A stretch of DNA of 64,000 nucleotides from Calditrichota bacterium (GCA_013152715.1 JAADFU010000094.1:76657-140656); one strand, 5' to 3'; shown: positions 42,132-50,327, numbered from the stretch's first letter. A program made the numbers and translations. The notes: a model not told the origin generated them from the letters alone.

Positions 42132-42338
42132 ATTTTTGCAATATTTATTTTTTGAATGGAAAGTAGTCTCTTTGTCAAGGGCGAGTGGGCTTACTGAAAA
42201 AAAGATGTGAAGTCTCCTTTTCATTTTTTGCTACAAAACCATAGAACGTTTCGCCCGGCGATATTGCGATAATTTTATTTCTGCATTTTTTAACTGCTCG
42301 TACGTACTTACGTTTCGAATCAAAAAACAGGAGGGGCC

Positions 42339-43712
42339 ATGGTCAATTATGATACGATATTTGTTCCTTTGTCCGCCGCGCTGGGGCTTTCCATTACGCT
42401 CGAACGAATATTGGAAATCGCCAAAAACATCATGCACCGGCTCATTGGCAATCAGAGGGGCAAAAGAATTCCTTCTGACGATGACTTTGCACGCGACCTT
42501 GCCGAGCTCGAAAATAGTTACCGCAGAGAAAAGCGGACGCGGGAGATCGAGAAACTGATCAAAGAACAGAAAAAAGAGCGCAAGAAGATTCTGGAACAAC
42601 TCAAAAAGGAACGGGAGACAAAACATCCCGACGTCAAAAAGATTCAATCCTGGAAAAAACAGCTTCAAGAATTGGACACTGACGTCGAGTGCGACGAAGA
42701 ATTTCCGCAAGACACGGTGCTGGTCGAGCCGGCGACCGATCAGGGCGATGGCAAAACAATGAAGCGGTTCTTGTTGCAGATGTTTGGTTTCACTGCCGGA
42801 ATTATCGGTGCTCACTATTCGGGGATTCAGCTATTTAACAGTTTTCTCCAGGCATTGGGCCAGCCGGCGATGCCCGCTAATCTGGATTATTTGTTGACCG
42901 GTTTGTTGATTGGCGGCGGCAGCGGACCGATGCATGTGCTGGTGGAGTTTATTTCGCAGAGAAAAATAGTTTTGCTCAAAGAGAAAAAAACGGAAGGGGA
43001 AGGAGCCGCTGACACGGGGGACAAAGAGGCGCCGACGGTAAAAGTTACTCCTTCTGTGGGCGATGAGAAGCTCTGGGCGGATGTTGTTTACAAAGGCGGC
43101 GTGGATCGCGATTTGTTGGAATATGTCCATCGCCGGGAAAAAGACCCGGATTTGATTGTGTTTCATCACACCGCCATGCCCATGGATGCCAGTTTCGAAG
43201 ATATTGTTCGTTTCATCAAAGACAAACGCGATTCTCAGGGAAATCGCTGGCTTACCGGATACCATTGTGTGGTCATGCCGGACGGCGCAATTAACGCCTT
43301 TTGTCGCTGGGATCGTTATGGCAATCACACCGCCGGAGTGAATTTGACATCGCTGGGAATTGCGCTGCACGGAAATTTTGAAATCGACCATCGCGTTCCT
43401 CATTCCAACGCCGACGGCAGTTTCGGCGACCAACGCCCCACGGAAATTCAACTCAAAAATGCGGCGCGCGTGGTCGCGCTGTGGCATTATTTGTACAAAA
43501 TTCCGCTCGATTTTTCCCGATCAATTCTTCCGCACCGTTATTTTTCAGATAAAGCCTGTCCGGGATCAAACTTTCCTTACCCGGAATTTCAAAAGTGGGT
43601 GGATTTCTTCAGCGAGAGGTGGCAGAAATCCGCTTTCATTCAGGAGAAATTAGCGGAATTCAAATTGAGACCTTATGTTTACGCCGAGCATGGCGGGGAG
43701 GCGAAATCATGA
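42339..43712 (+). CDS. membrane-anchored N-acetylmuramoyl-L-alanine amidase (Amidase_2/PGRP domain) with a novel N-terminal three-helix membrane + coiled-coil module
   Basis: C-terminal 150 aa aligns motif-by-motif with T7 lysozyme/PGRP: IVFHHTAM (Zn His), GYHCVV (Tyr), GNHTAGVN, HRYFSDKACPG (His, Lys, Cys at +0/+6/+8). N-terminus has a TM helix, a highly charged coiled coil (residues ~40-120) and two more hydrophobic helices. Confidence 0.8.
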   Translation: MVNYDTIFVPLSAALGLSITLERILEIAKNIMHRLIGNQRGKRIPSDDDFARDLAELENSYRREKRTREIEKLIKEQKKERKKILEQLKKERETKHPDVKKIQSWKKQLQELDTDVECDEEFPQDTVLVEPATDQGDGKTMKRFLLQMFGFTAGIIGAHYSGIQLFNSFLQALGQPAMPANLDYLLTGLLIGGGSGPMHVLVEFISQRKIVLLKEKKTEGEGAADTGDKEAPTVKVTPSVGDEKLWADVVYKGGVDRDLLEYVHRREKDPDLIVFHHTAMPMDASFEDIVRFIKDKRDSQGNRWLTGYHCVVMPDGAINAFCRWDRYGNHTAGVNLTSLGIALHGNFEIDHRVPHSNADGSFGDQRPTEIQLKNAARVVALWHYLYKIPLDFSRSILPHRYFSDKACPGSNFPYPEFQKWVDFFSERWQKSAFIQEKLAEFKLRPYVYAEHGGEAKS

Positions 43713-44299
43713 CAGTACTGCTGAAAGTGACAGTTTTGTACACGTTGGCCTTAGCGCTTGCTTTCCTGGTTGAACGGCTGTTGGAAATTTTGAAGTCATT
43801 TTATGATTTACTGGATAGCAAATTTGATTTGTACAAATTCTGGACAGTTCGCGCGTACAAAACAAGGAACGTGCTGGAAAACAAACTCCGCGTAGTGGAA
43901 TTTTTAGGCGCAAAAAGCATGGCCAAAATGCTGGATAAATTCAGAGAAAAACTGCTCAACACTTCGGGCGAATATCAGGGCGCGTTGCCCGTGATTTCCG
44001 GCGACCTGGTTCGCGCGATGACGATTCGCACTTATTGCCGAATTTTGGGGATGATTTTTGGCGTCTTTCTGGCGATTTGGATGAAGGTCGATTTGATTCA
44101 AATATTCCAAGGCGCTGTCAGCGACATGACGCACTGGCACCTGGAAATTCGCTCTGATCTGGTGCGCTACATTTTGACGGGCATCACTTTAGGCATTGGC
44201 TCGGAACCGGTGCACAAATTGATCCGAACATTCGAAAGGCGGCAAAAACGGAAAGAAGCCGAAGCTATTCAACTCAAAGCAAAGGAGCATGTACAATGA
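43709..44299 (+). CDS. three-helix membrane protein, paralogue of the amidase's N-terminal module (no enzyme domain)
   Basis: ATG overlaps the upstream stop (ATGA). Shares LERLLEIL first helix, DLIQIFQG second region and LTGITLGIGSEPVHKLIRTFERRQ third region with LERILEIA / GIQLFNSFLQ / LTGLLIGGGSGPMHVLVEFISQRK of the upstream protein. Confidence 0.65.
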   Translation: MTVLLKVTVLYTLALALAFLVERLLEILKSFYDLLDSKFDLYKFWTVRAYKTRNVLENKLRVVEFLGAKSMAKMLDKFREKLLNTSGEYQGALPVISGDLVRAMTIRTYCRILGMIFGVFLAIWMKVDLIQIFQGAVSDMTHWHLEIRSDLVRYILTGITLGIGSEPVHKLIRTFERRQKRKEAEAIQLKAKEHVQ

Positions 44300-44727
44300 C
44301 TTTTGATTTACTTGTGGCGTTAGTCATTGCAATTATCGCAATTGTGATTTTTCTCCTCTACCAGTTGGGAAATTTGCCGAGAAGTAGCAAACGGAGCGTT
44401 TTATATTTCATCAGCGCCGCGGCGGCGATTTTTGGCATTTCCCTTTTCACCAATCATCGTCTGAAGCTTCTGCACAAAGAATTGCAGGAGCGTGAGAAAA
44501 AACTCCGCGAAAAAGAGGAAGAATTGAAGAAATTAAAAGACAAAGAAAAAATGTCGGAAAAAGAGCTGAATTTTATGAAGGCAAAATTGGAGCGGCAGGT
44601 CGACGCCTATCGGAAACTGATGCTGCAGATCAAAGCGAAAAATAAAGCGGAAAAAGAGCGAATCGACAAGTTGTCGGGCGAAGATTTGCACAATGAGTTC
44701 AGCGCCATATTCGGAGGGGGTGAATGA
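44296..44727 (+). CDS. inner-membrane protein with two N-terminal TM helices and a ~90-aa coiled coil
   Basis: ATGA start/stop overlap with the upstream gene; LLVALVIAIIAIVIFLL and VLYFISAAAAIFGISLF helices, then a heptad-rich EKKLREKEEELKKLKDKEK segment. Confidence 0.6.
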   Translation: MTFDLLVALVIAIIAIVIFLLYQLGNLPRSSKRSVLYFISAAAAIFGISLFTNHRLKLLHKELQEREKKLREKEEELKKLKDKEKMSEKELNFMKAKLERQVDAYRKLMLQIKAKNKAEKERIDKLSGEDLHNEFSAIFGGGE

Positions 44728-44786
44728 AAATTTCTGTAATTCCCAAAATTCGCGCGGGATGGTGAAAAACAGAAAAGGAGAAAATT

Positions 44787-45317
44787 ATGCGCAAATTTCA
44801 TTGGAGCCACACATTGGCAATTCTTTTGTTGCTCATTTCTTTTTTGCAGGCGCAAGAAACAAGCGACCAAAAATGTCAAATCGTCAAAGAATATCCGGAC
44901 GGCAGCGTGCTGATCAAAATCAACGACAAAGAGATGCTCGCTATCACCCAGGACATGGAACGGCGCATGTTGAAATTGAAGCGGGATGTTTTGGACGCGG
45001 AAAAGGAGATTTTGCTCAAAGACTCGCTACTTGCCAATTACGACAATACCATCGGCCAATATGAAAAAACGATCACACAGATGAAAGATTATATTCAGGA
45101 ATTGGAATATGTTCTTAAGGGCTACAAAAGCCTGGCGCGCGATTACAAAAAAATGCACGCGCCCTGGCTCAGTCTGCGCTTCGGAGTCGGTGCCACGAGC
45201 CGCGATCACAAACCAGCGATCATGATGGGGCTGGATGTTCGGCGAATTTTAATTTCAGGATTTGTGCAGGAAAGAAATTCCGGCGTGCTTGTGGGGACGA
45301 GCTTCCGCCTTTTTTAA
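44787..45317 (+). CDS. secreted coiled-coil protein with a short C-terminal beta region ending in Phe
   Basis: Signal peptide (cleavage near FLQA/QE), central coiled coil, C-terminal alternating-hydrophobic strands ...VLVGTSFRLF. Confidence 0.6.
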   Translation: MRKFHWSHTLAILLLLISFLQAQETSDQKCQIVKEYPDGSVLIKINDKEMLAITQDMERRMLKLKRDVLDAEKEILLKDSLLANYDNTIGQYEKTITQMKDYIQELEYVLKGYKSLARDYKKMHAPWLSLRFGVGATSRDHKPAIMMGLDVRRILISGFVQERNSGVLVGTSFRLF

Positions 45318-45511
45318 TTAAATTTGTGTCCAATGAGCTGGTTTAATTTCATTAGAGTCTTGCGAGATAGACTGCTAAAAAGTCAAAACATGCCACTCCT
45401 GCGAATGTCGGAGATGCGCTCTGGCATGCGGGAGTTCCCTGCTTATTAATAATGCGAATGACCGGTTAAAACTATTTTTAAAACGCTAATCTGTCGATTT
45501 TAAAAGGATAA

Positions 45512-45557
45512 CGCCTTAATTCCAAATCAGGAACGGAATTGAGGCGTAAAATTTTTA
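45512..45557 (+). terminator. terminator-like hairpin (12-bp stem, one G-U) downstream of the module
   Basis: cgccttaattcc / ggaattgaggcg stem, 11-nt loop, then taaaattttt; 195 nt past the stop at 45317. Confidence 0.4.
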
Positions 45558-45729
45558 TTAGTTTTCTTCAATGCAATTGTTGCGTAATGCGCTTGCCGTT
45601 CTTCAGTCTTTTTGATGTGGATTATCAAGAACATGGGATTCGAGGAACGTATTTTCAACAATGCAGTTACAATATTTGAAAATATCAACTATTTCTGATG
45701 AAATTTGTAATGCCTGGGGATAACATGTC

Positions 45730-46953
45730 ATGAGAACTGTAAATTCTGCAATTGTGATGTCAGATTTGCACCTGGGACGCGAATTGAGTTATCTGGATAC
45801 GCGGCACCCTTCGTTCGAGCAAAACCGCCAGCATTTTTGGGAAGTATTGGAGCAAGCCGGAGAAGTTGAAGAGATTATTATTAATGGCGATTTTTTCGAA
45901 ATTGCGATGGAGGGCTGGAGTGATGTCTGCGAGCAGGCGCGCGCTTTTTTCCGGGCGTTGGCAAAAGTAAGTTCGCCGCAGCGAATTGTTTACATTCCCG
46001 GGAATCATGATCATCATTTGTGGCAATCATTAGTGGAGCGATTTTACATCTTTAGCGCCATCAGGAATAGGCGCGATTTGCCTGATCAAGCGCATTATCC
46101 GCTCTATTTTGTCGACCGGAAATTCAGCAGCGCGAACCCGGAACACGCTGCACACATGATTTTGCCCGATTTATGGCCCGACAAGAAATCGCGGCCGGAA
46201 TTTATCATCAAATATCCGCATCATTTGTTGGGCGTCAAAACCAAACAGGGAATTGATTACTATTTTTTCACTCACGGCCATTTTTTGGAGCCGCTGTTTC
46301 GGCCTTTGAATTTTTTAATTGAACCCGCCCGAATTGATGAGTTGGAAGGTTTCAATGCCTTGTGGTTGGAGTCGTTCAATTATCATTTGGGTCACGCCAG
46401 TCGACTGAGCAAACGGGTGATGGCTATCCTTTCCAGTTACGAGCAAGGCTACAGAAAATCGAAAAAGAAAATCAACCGCATTCTGAACGAAATTTTTCTC
46501 AATGTCAAACGTAAAACTCATTTAGGAGACGTCGGGTCATTTTTTCTGAAAATGGGCATGAAATTCGTCCTCAGATATTTTCCCAAAGAGGGGAGCTCCG
46601 CATTATTTCAAAGACCGATTGACCGAAATCTCCTTTCGGAAATAGACAATTATCTGGAAAAATATATTTTCCAGCGCTACCGACCTGAAAATTACGAGCG
46701 TCTTTTTTTACCGTCCCGCGATAAAATTCCCGTTCCGTTCACTTTTGTCTTCGGCCATACCCATCGACCCAATTTCATGCCGCAGGATCTGGCTTTTTCA
46801 AAAATCAAACTTGACAGCGAAAAAATTTCTGTTTTGAATACCGGCGGCTGGCTGCGCATCGACAGCGAAAAACAGAACGGCGAAAATGCCGGTATCTTGC
46901 TGATCAACGAACAAGGAAATCAATGGCTGTCTCTGGCAGGAAAATTGCGCTGA
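45730..46953 (+). CDS. metallophosphoesterase (calcineurin-like) with a ~200-aa C-terminal extension
   Basis: MPP motifs DLHLG, GDFFE, GNHDHH, THGH, GHTH in canonical order. Confidence 0.8.
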   Translation: MRTVNSAIVMSDLHLGRELSYLDTRHPSFEQNRQHFWEVLEQAGEVEEIIINGDFFEIAMEGWSDVCEQARAFFRALAKVSSPQRIVYIPGNHDHHLWQSLVERFYIFSAIRNRRDLPDQAHYPLYFVDRKFSSANPEHAAHMILPDLWPDKKSRPEFIIKYPHHLLGVKTKQGIDYYFFTHGHFLEPLFRPLNFLIEPARIDELEGFNALWLESFNYHLGHASRLSKRVMAILSSYEQGYRKSKKKINRILNEIFLNVKRKTHLGDVGSFFLKMGMKFVLRYFPKEGSSALFQRPIDRNLLSEIDNYLEKYIFQRYRPENYERLFLPSRDKIPVPFTFVFGHTHRPNFMPQDLAFSKIKLDSEKISVLNTGGWLRIDSEKQNGENAGILLINEQGNQWLSLAGKLR

Positions 46954-47158
46954 ACTGTTTTGTGAGTGAACTGACGCTTTTTGCAAAAGAATTTTATTCA
47001 GCGGAGCAAAGTCGGCAAGCTTTCAATCGAAATTAAAATTAGAATTCACTTGAATCTGAACTGAAAAATTCGTAATATTAATCCAAGTGATTGAATTGTA
47101 ATTTTGGCATGAGCGCCGTTTGGCAAAAAATGTAATTCCGGAAATTTACAGGATAAAT

Positions 47159-48091
47159 ATGAAAGACGTAATTGAAAAATATGAACAGGGCGACAGACGA
47201 GCGTTGGCGCGATTAATTTCTCTGATTGAAAATGAAGATGAGCAAAGCAAGCAGATTCTGGATAAAATTTTTCCGCGTACTGGTCATGCCTATCGCATCG
47301 GCATTACCGGGCCCCCCGGCGTCGGGAAAAGCACTCTCGTGGATCAGTTGACGAAGAAATTTCGTCAGCAGCAAAAAAAAATGGGCATCATCGCGGTTGA
47401 TCCGACGAGTCCGTTTTCCGGCGGCGCTCTTCTCGGAGATCGCATTCGAATGAACGATTTGGCGACCGACGCCGGCGTTTTCATCCGCAGCATGGCGACA
47501 CGCGGCAGTCTCGGCGGTCTGGCGCAGCGGGCGCAAGAGGTCGCGGATTTACTGGATGGGTTCGGCATGGTTATTTTCGAAACCGTCGGCGTGGGGCAAT
47601 CGGAGTTGGATATCGTTGAAGCCGCGGACACGACAATCGTTGTGCTCGTTCCGGAATCGGGCGATGCCATTCAAGCGATGAAAGCCGGTTTAATGGAAAT
47701 TGCGGACATTTTTGTCGTTAATAAATCGGATCGGGACGGCGCAGATCGCACGAAAATCGAAATCGAGTACGCTATTAATCTAGGCAATGATTCGCGGGAA
47801 TGGAGGCCGCCGGTAGTTCAGACAATCGCCAGTACCGCCGTCGGGGTGGAAGAACTGATTGAAAAAATCGAACGTCATCGTGCGTTTCTGGTGAGCAATG
47901 ATCTTCGCACTGAGAAAAAGTTGAGACGTCTGGAAAGAATCGTTCGACAGCGCGTGGCGGAATCGTTGCAGCAGGAATTCTGGAAACAGGAGCGGGAAAA
48001 ATTATTGCAGAAAAAGTTGAAGCAAGCGCTTGGCGGCGAGACTTCGCCCTATCAGTTGAGCGAGCAATTGATGGAAGATTTTTTAAAATAG
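47159..48091 (+). CDS. meaB: MeaB/ArgK-family G3E GTPase
   Basis: P-loop GITGPPGVGKST, switch regions, NKSD motif; start refined to the ATG at 47159 preceded by AGGATAAAT (the track uses a TTG at 47120). Confidence 0.85.
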   Translation: MKDVIEKYEQGDRRALARLISLIENEDEQSKQILDKIFPRTGHAYRIGITGPPGVGKSTLVDQLTKKFRQQQKKMGIIAVDPTSPFSGGALLGDRIRMNDLATDAGVFIRSMATRGSLGGLAQRAQEVADLLDGFGMVIFETVGVGQSELDIVEAADTTIVVLVPESGDAIQAMKAGLMEIADIFVVNKSDRDGADRTKIEIEYAINLGNDSREWRPPVVQTIASTAVGVEELIEKIERHRAFLVSNDLRTEKKLRRLERIVRQRVAESLQQEFWKQEREKLLQKKLKQALGGETSPYQLSEQLMEDFLK

Positions 48092-48102
48092 AAAACTGAA
48101 CA

Positions 48103-48732
48103 ATGGAAGGCGACTGGAAAGGTATGGTGCAGCACATTATTTTTGATCTGGGACAGGTTTTGGTCAGAGTTGCGTTTTTGGACTTTGCCCAAAGATTTGC
48201 GGAACTATTCAATACAGATGCGCAATTGATTTTGAATGCGGACGACAGGGACCCCCACAAGAAATTTTTCGTGGGGGAAATTTCTGGCGAAGAGTTTCAC
48301 CGCGAAATTTGTGCATTGTTTGGGAAAAATGTTTCATTGGAAGAGTTCAAAAAACTCTGGCTGGGCATGTTGGATGGCGAGATTCCGGAGAGCGTGGCAA
48401 TTGTCGAGGAACTGGCGCAAAGGAATTTTTCGCTATCCATTTTATCCAATATCGATGCCTGGCATTATGACTACTGCGAGCGCAATTTTTCGGTGATGCG
48501 GCTTTTCTCGAAAAAGTTTCTTTCTTTTGCTTTGCGAATGAAAAAACCGGATCCGGAAATATTCAAACTTGTCGCGCGGGAGTTGCAAACAAAACCCGAG
48601 CGATGCCTTTTGATTGACGACACTGCGGAGAATATTGAAGCGGCAAAAAAAGTGGGCTATCAAACGATTCATTTCACTGATGGTTGCAGTTTACGAGAAA
48701 TCTTGAGTCAAATGAGTTTGCTGGAAAATTGA
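48103..48732 (+). CDS. HAD-superfamily hydrolase
   Basis: HAD motif I (IIFDLGQVLV), motif III K (RMKKPDPEIF), motif IV (IDDTAEN). Confidence 0.75.
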   Translation: MEGDWKGMVQHIIFDLGQVLVRVAFLDFAQRFAELFNTDAQLILNADDRDPHKKFFVGEISGEEFHREICALFGKNVSLEEFKKLWLGMLDGEIPESVAIVEELAQRNFSLSILSNIDAWHYDYCERNFSVMRLFSKKFLSFALRMKKPDPEIFKLVARELQTKPERCLLIDDTAENIEAAKKVGYQTIHFTDGCSLREILSQMSLLEN

Positions 48733-48760
48733 AATTGACGGTCTGGTTCGCGAATCCAAT

Positions 48761-49105
48761 TCAGTCGTCCCCTCGGGAAAGGGATAAAATTCTGGCTTTT
48801 TGTCCGTTTGCTGCTTGGCGACTCGGTTTTTTCTTTTCGATGATAGCTTCGGCTGATTCTTTGGGAATTTTGACGATTTCGATGCGCATGGGGACGCCGT
48901 TGATCGTGAACTCGCCGCCGCGAATCTGATCGTTGTCCAGAATCCAGGTGGCGGTGAAAACCGGGACCTGCAGCACGAGGAGTTTGACGCGCCACCAATT
49001 CGGTTTCGCATCGGCGTAGATTTTCTCGACGCGGGCGAAAGATGAAGGTTTATTCTCAACATAAATTAACAAGAGGTCATTTTCGACGAATGCTCTTTTT
49101 TTCAA
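48761..49105 (-). CDS. hypothetical protein
   Basis: 114-aa ORF, convergent with neighbours, no recognisable motif. Confidence 0.45.
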   Translation of the reverse strand: MKKRAFVENDLLLIYVENKPSSFARVEKIYADAKPNWWRVKLLVLQVPVFTATWILDNDQIRGGEFTINGVPMRIEIVKIPKESAEAIIEKKKPSRQAANGQKARILSLSRGDD

Positions 49106-49250
49106 GGTAGCGTCCTCTGAAATAGTCCGTTGCTCATTTCTAAAAAATAAAATACAAAATCGGAATGAATTTTACAAGCAAAATTTATGATTTTTTTCAG
49201 GCGACAAAGCAAAACGATAATTGTTTCGGTTAATCACGGAGTGTTTTGAT

Positions 49251-49799
49251 ATGAAAATCAAAAAAACGACTATTTTATTACTCATTGTGATGTTGTTACT
49301 GGCAATCAACACGAACGCTGTGCTGGCTCAGTACAAAACTTACAGCGGCGATGATGAAGACGTCACTACAGTTCAAAATAAATCGAAAGAGGGGAAAATA
49401 ACAAAAAAATCTATTGGCAGATTTTATGTCATCGAGGCCAGCCGCTGGCCCAAGATTCAATTCTTTGGCGTTTACAGCGCCATGATAGTATGGATTTCCT
49501 TCATTCTGGGACTCACAATTTTCTTAATGGCACGCTACGCCGGCGCCAGAGAAAGCAAATTTAAAATCTGGCTTTCAGTTTTCACTGCTGTGTTTATCGG
49601 CACTTTTAGCCGGTCGCTGAATATTTTGATTCGCGATGGTCTTTTTTGGTTGTTTAACCTGATTTTCAGCCAGGTGACTGCTTCTTCTATTGCTGATTTC
49701 CTTAGCTATGTTCTCTGGCTGTTATTTACTGCCGGCGTTGCAGTGCATCTTTATGAAATATTTACCGTGACCGCGAAAGAAGTTTTTCAGAATAGATAG
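49251..49799 (+). CDS. hypothetical membrane protein
   Basis: Start refined to the ATG at 49251 (MKIKKTTILLLIVMLLLA signal/anchor); three further hydrophobic helices. Confidence 0.5.
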   Translation: MKIKKTTILLLIVMLLLAINTNAVLAQYKTYSGDDEDVTTVQNKSKEGKITKKSIGRFYVIEASRWPKIQFFGVYSAMIVWISFILGLTIFLMARYAGARESKFKIWLSVFTAVFIGTFSRSLNILIRDGLFWLFNLIFSQVTASSIADFLSYVLWLLFTAGVAVHLYEIFTVTAKEVFQNR

Positions 49800-49824
49800 C
49801 CCCGGAGTCATTTTCATGCGTGAA

Positions 49825-50058
49825 GTAGCTATTTTGTAGTTTCGAGTTTCGGGTTTGTAGTTTCGAGAATCAATTTTTAAAAGAATGTTTTCGGGAACTA
49901 CGGATATAAATTAACTAATTTAAGTTTAATTTCAAAATAACTGAACTATATTGTATTATTTTGCACTAATACGTAATTTTATTTAAATAATCGCACTTCC
50001 CTCCAACAGCTCGTAGCTCGAAACGCAAAACTCGAAACTCGAAACTCTTGTAGCTATT
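49825..50058. repeat. ~230-bp element: two imperfect ~40-bp inverted arms built from AGTTTCG heptamers flanking a 140-bp AT-rich core
   Basis: Left arm gtagctattttgtagtttcgagtttcgggtttgtagtttcgag (49825-49867); right arm ctcgtagctcgaaacgcaaaactcgaaactcgaaactcttgtagctatt (50010-50058), which is its reverse complement with about 30/36 matches; lies between convergent genes. Confidence 0.6.
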
Positions 50059-50080
50059 AATGCTACTCTTTTCGGGCGAA

Positions 50081-50215
50081 TTATTTTCGTTCAATCTTGT
50101 CGGCGATACGTTCAACAGCTCTAACCAATCTGAAAGCAAGAGTCAGAACAAAAATGACGACACCCAGCCAGATGAAGAAAATCACAAAACCAAAGTACGA
50201 CATGAAATTAATCAT
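50081..50215 (-). CDS. 44-aa hydrophobic single-TM peptide (unannotated small ORF)
   Basis: GGGAGAAG RBS then ATG; MINFMSYFGFVIFFIWLGVVIFVLTLAFRLVRAVERIADKIERK*; verified codon by codon on the minus strand. Confidence 0.4.
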   Translation of the reverse strand: MINFMSYFGFVIFFIWLGVVIFVLTLAFRLVRAVERIADKIERK

Positions 50216-50327
50216 AATTCTTCTCCCGTTTTTTGATGACAGTTGATATTTTGAAAAAGACTTGGTACAGCTATTTCTAAAATCATTCTTGCATCAATTT
50301 TGATTAATCACAATAGCTCGCAAATTA

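Noticed and set aside
42231-42815. 194-aa minus-strand ORF overlapping the leader and the 5' end of the amidase gene
   Set aside because: It is antisense to a gene with strong domain evidence and has no RBS or motif. The Lys/Glu-rich coiled-coil coding on the plus strand generates open antisense frames.
42103-45317. Prophage or mobile-element origin of the amidase module
   Set aside because: No integrase, recombinase, tRNA, attachment repeats, phage structural genes or compositional break in the flanking 20 kb. The neighbours are conserved housekeeping genes. This was retained only as an analogy in the finding, not as a call.
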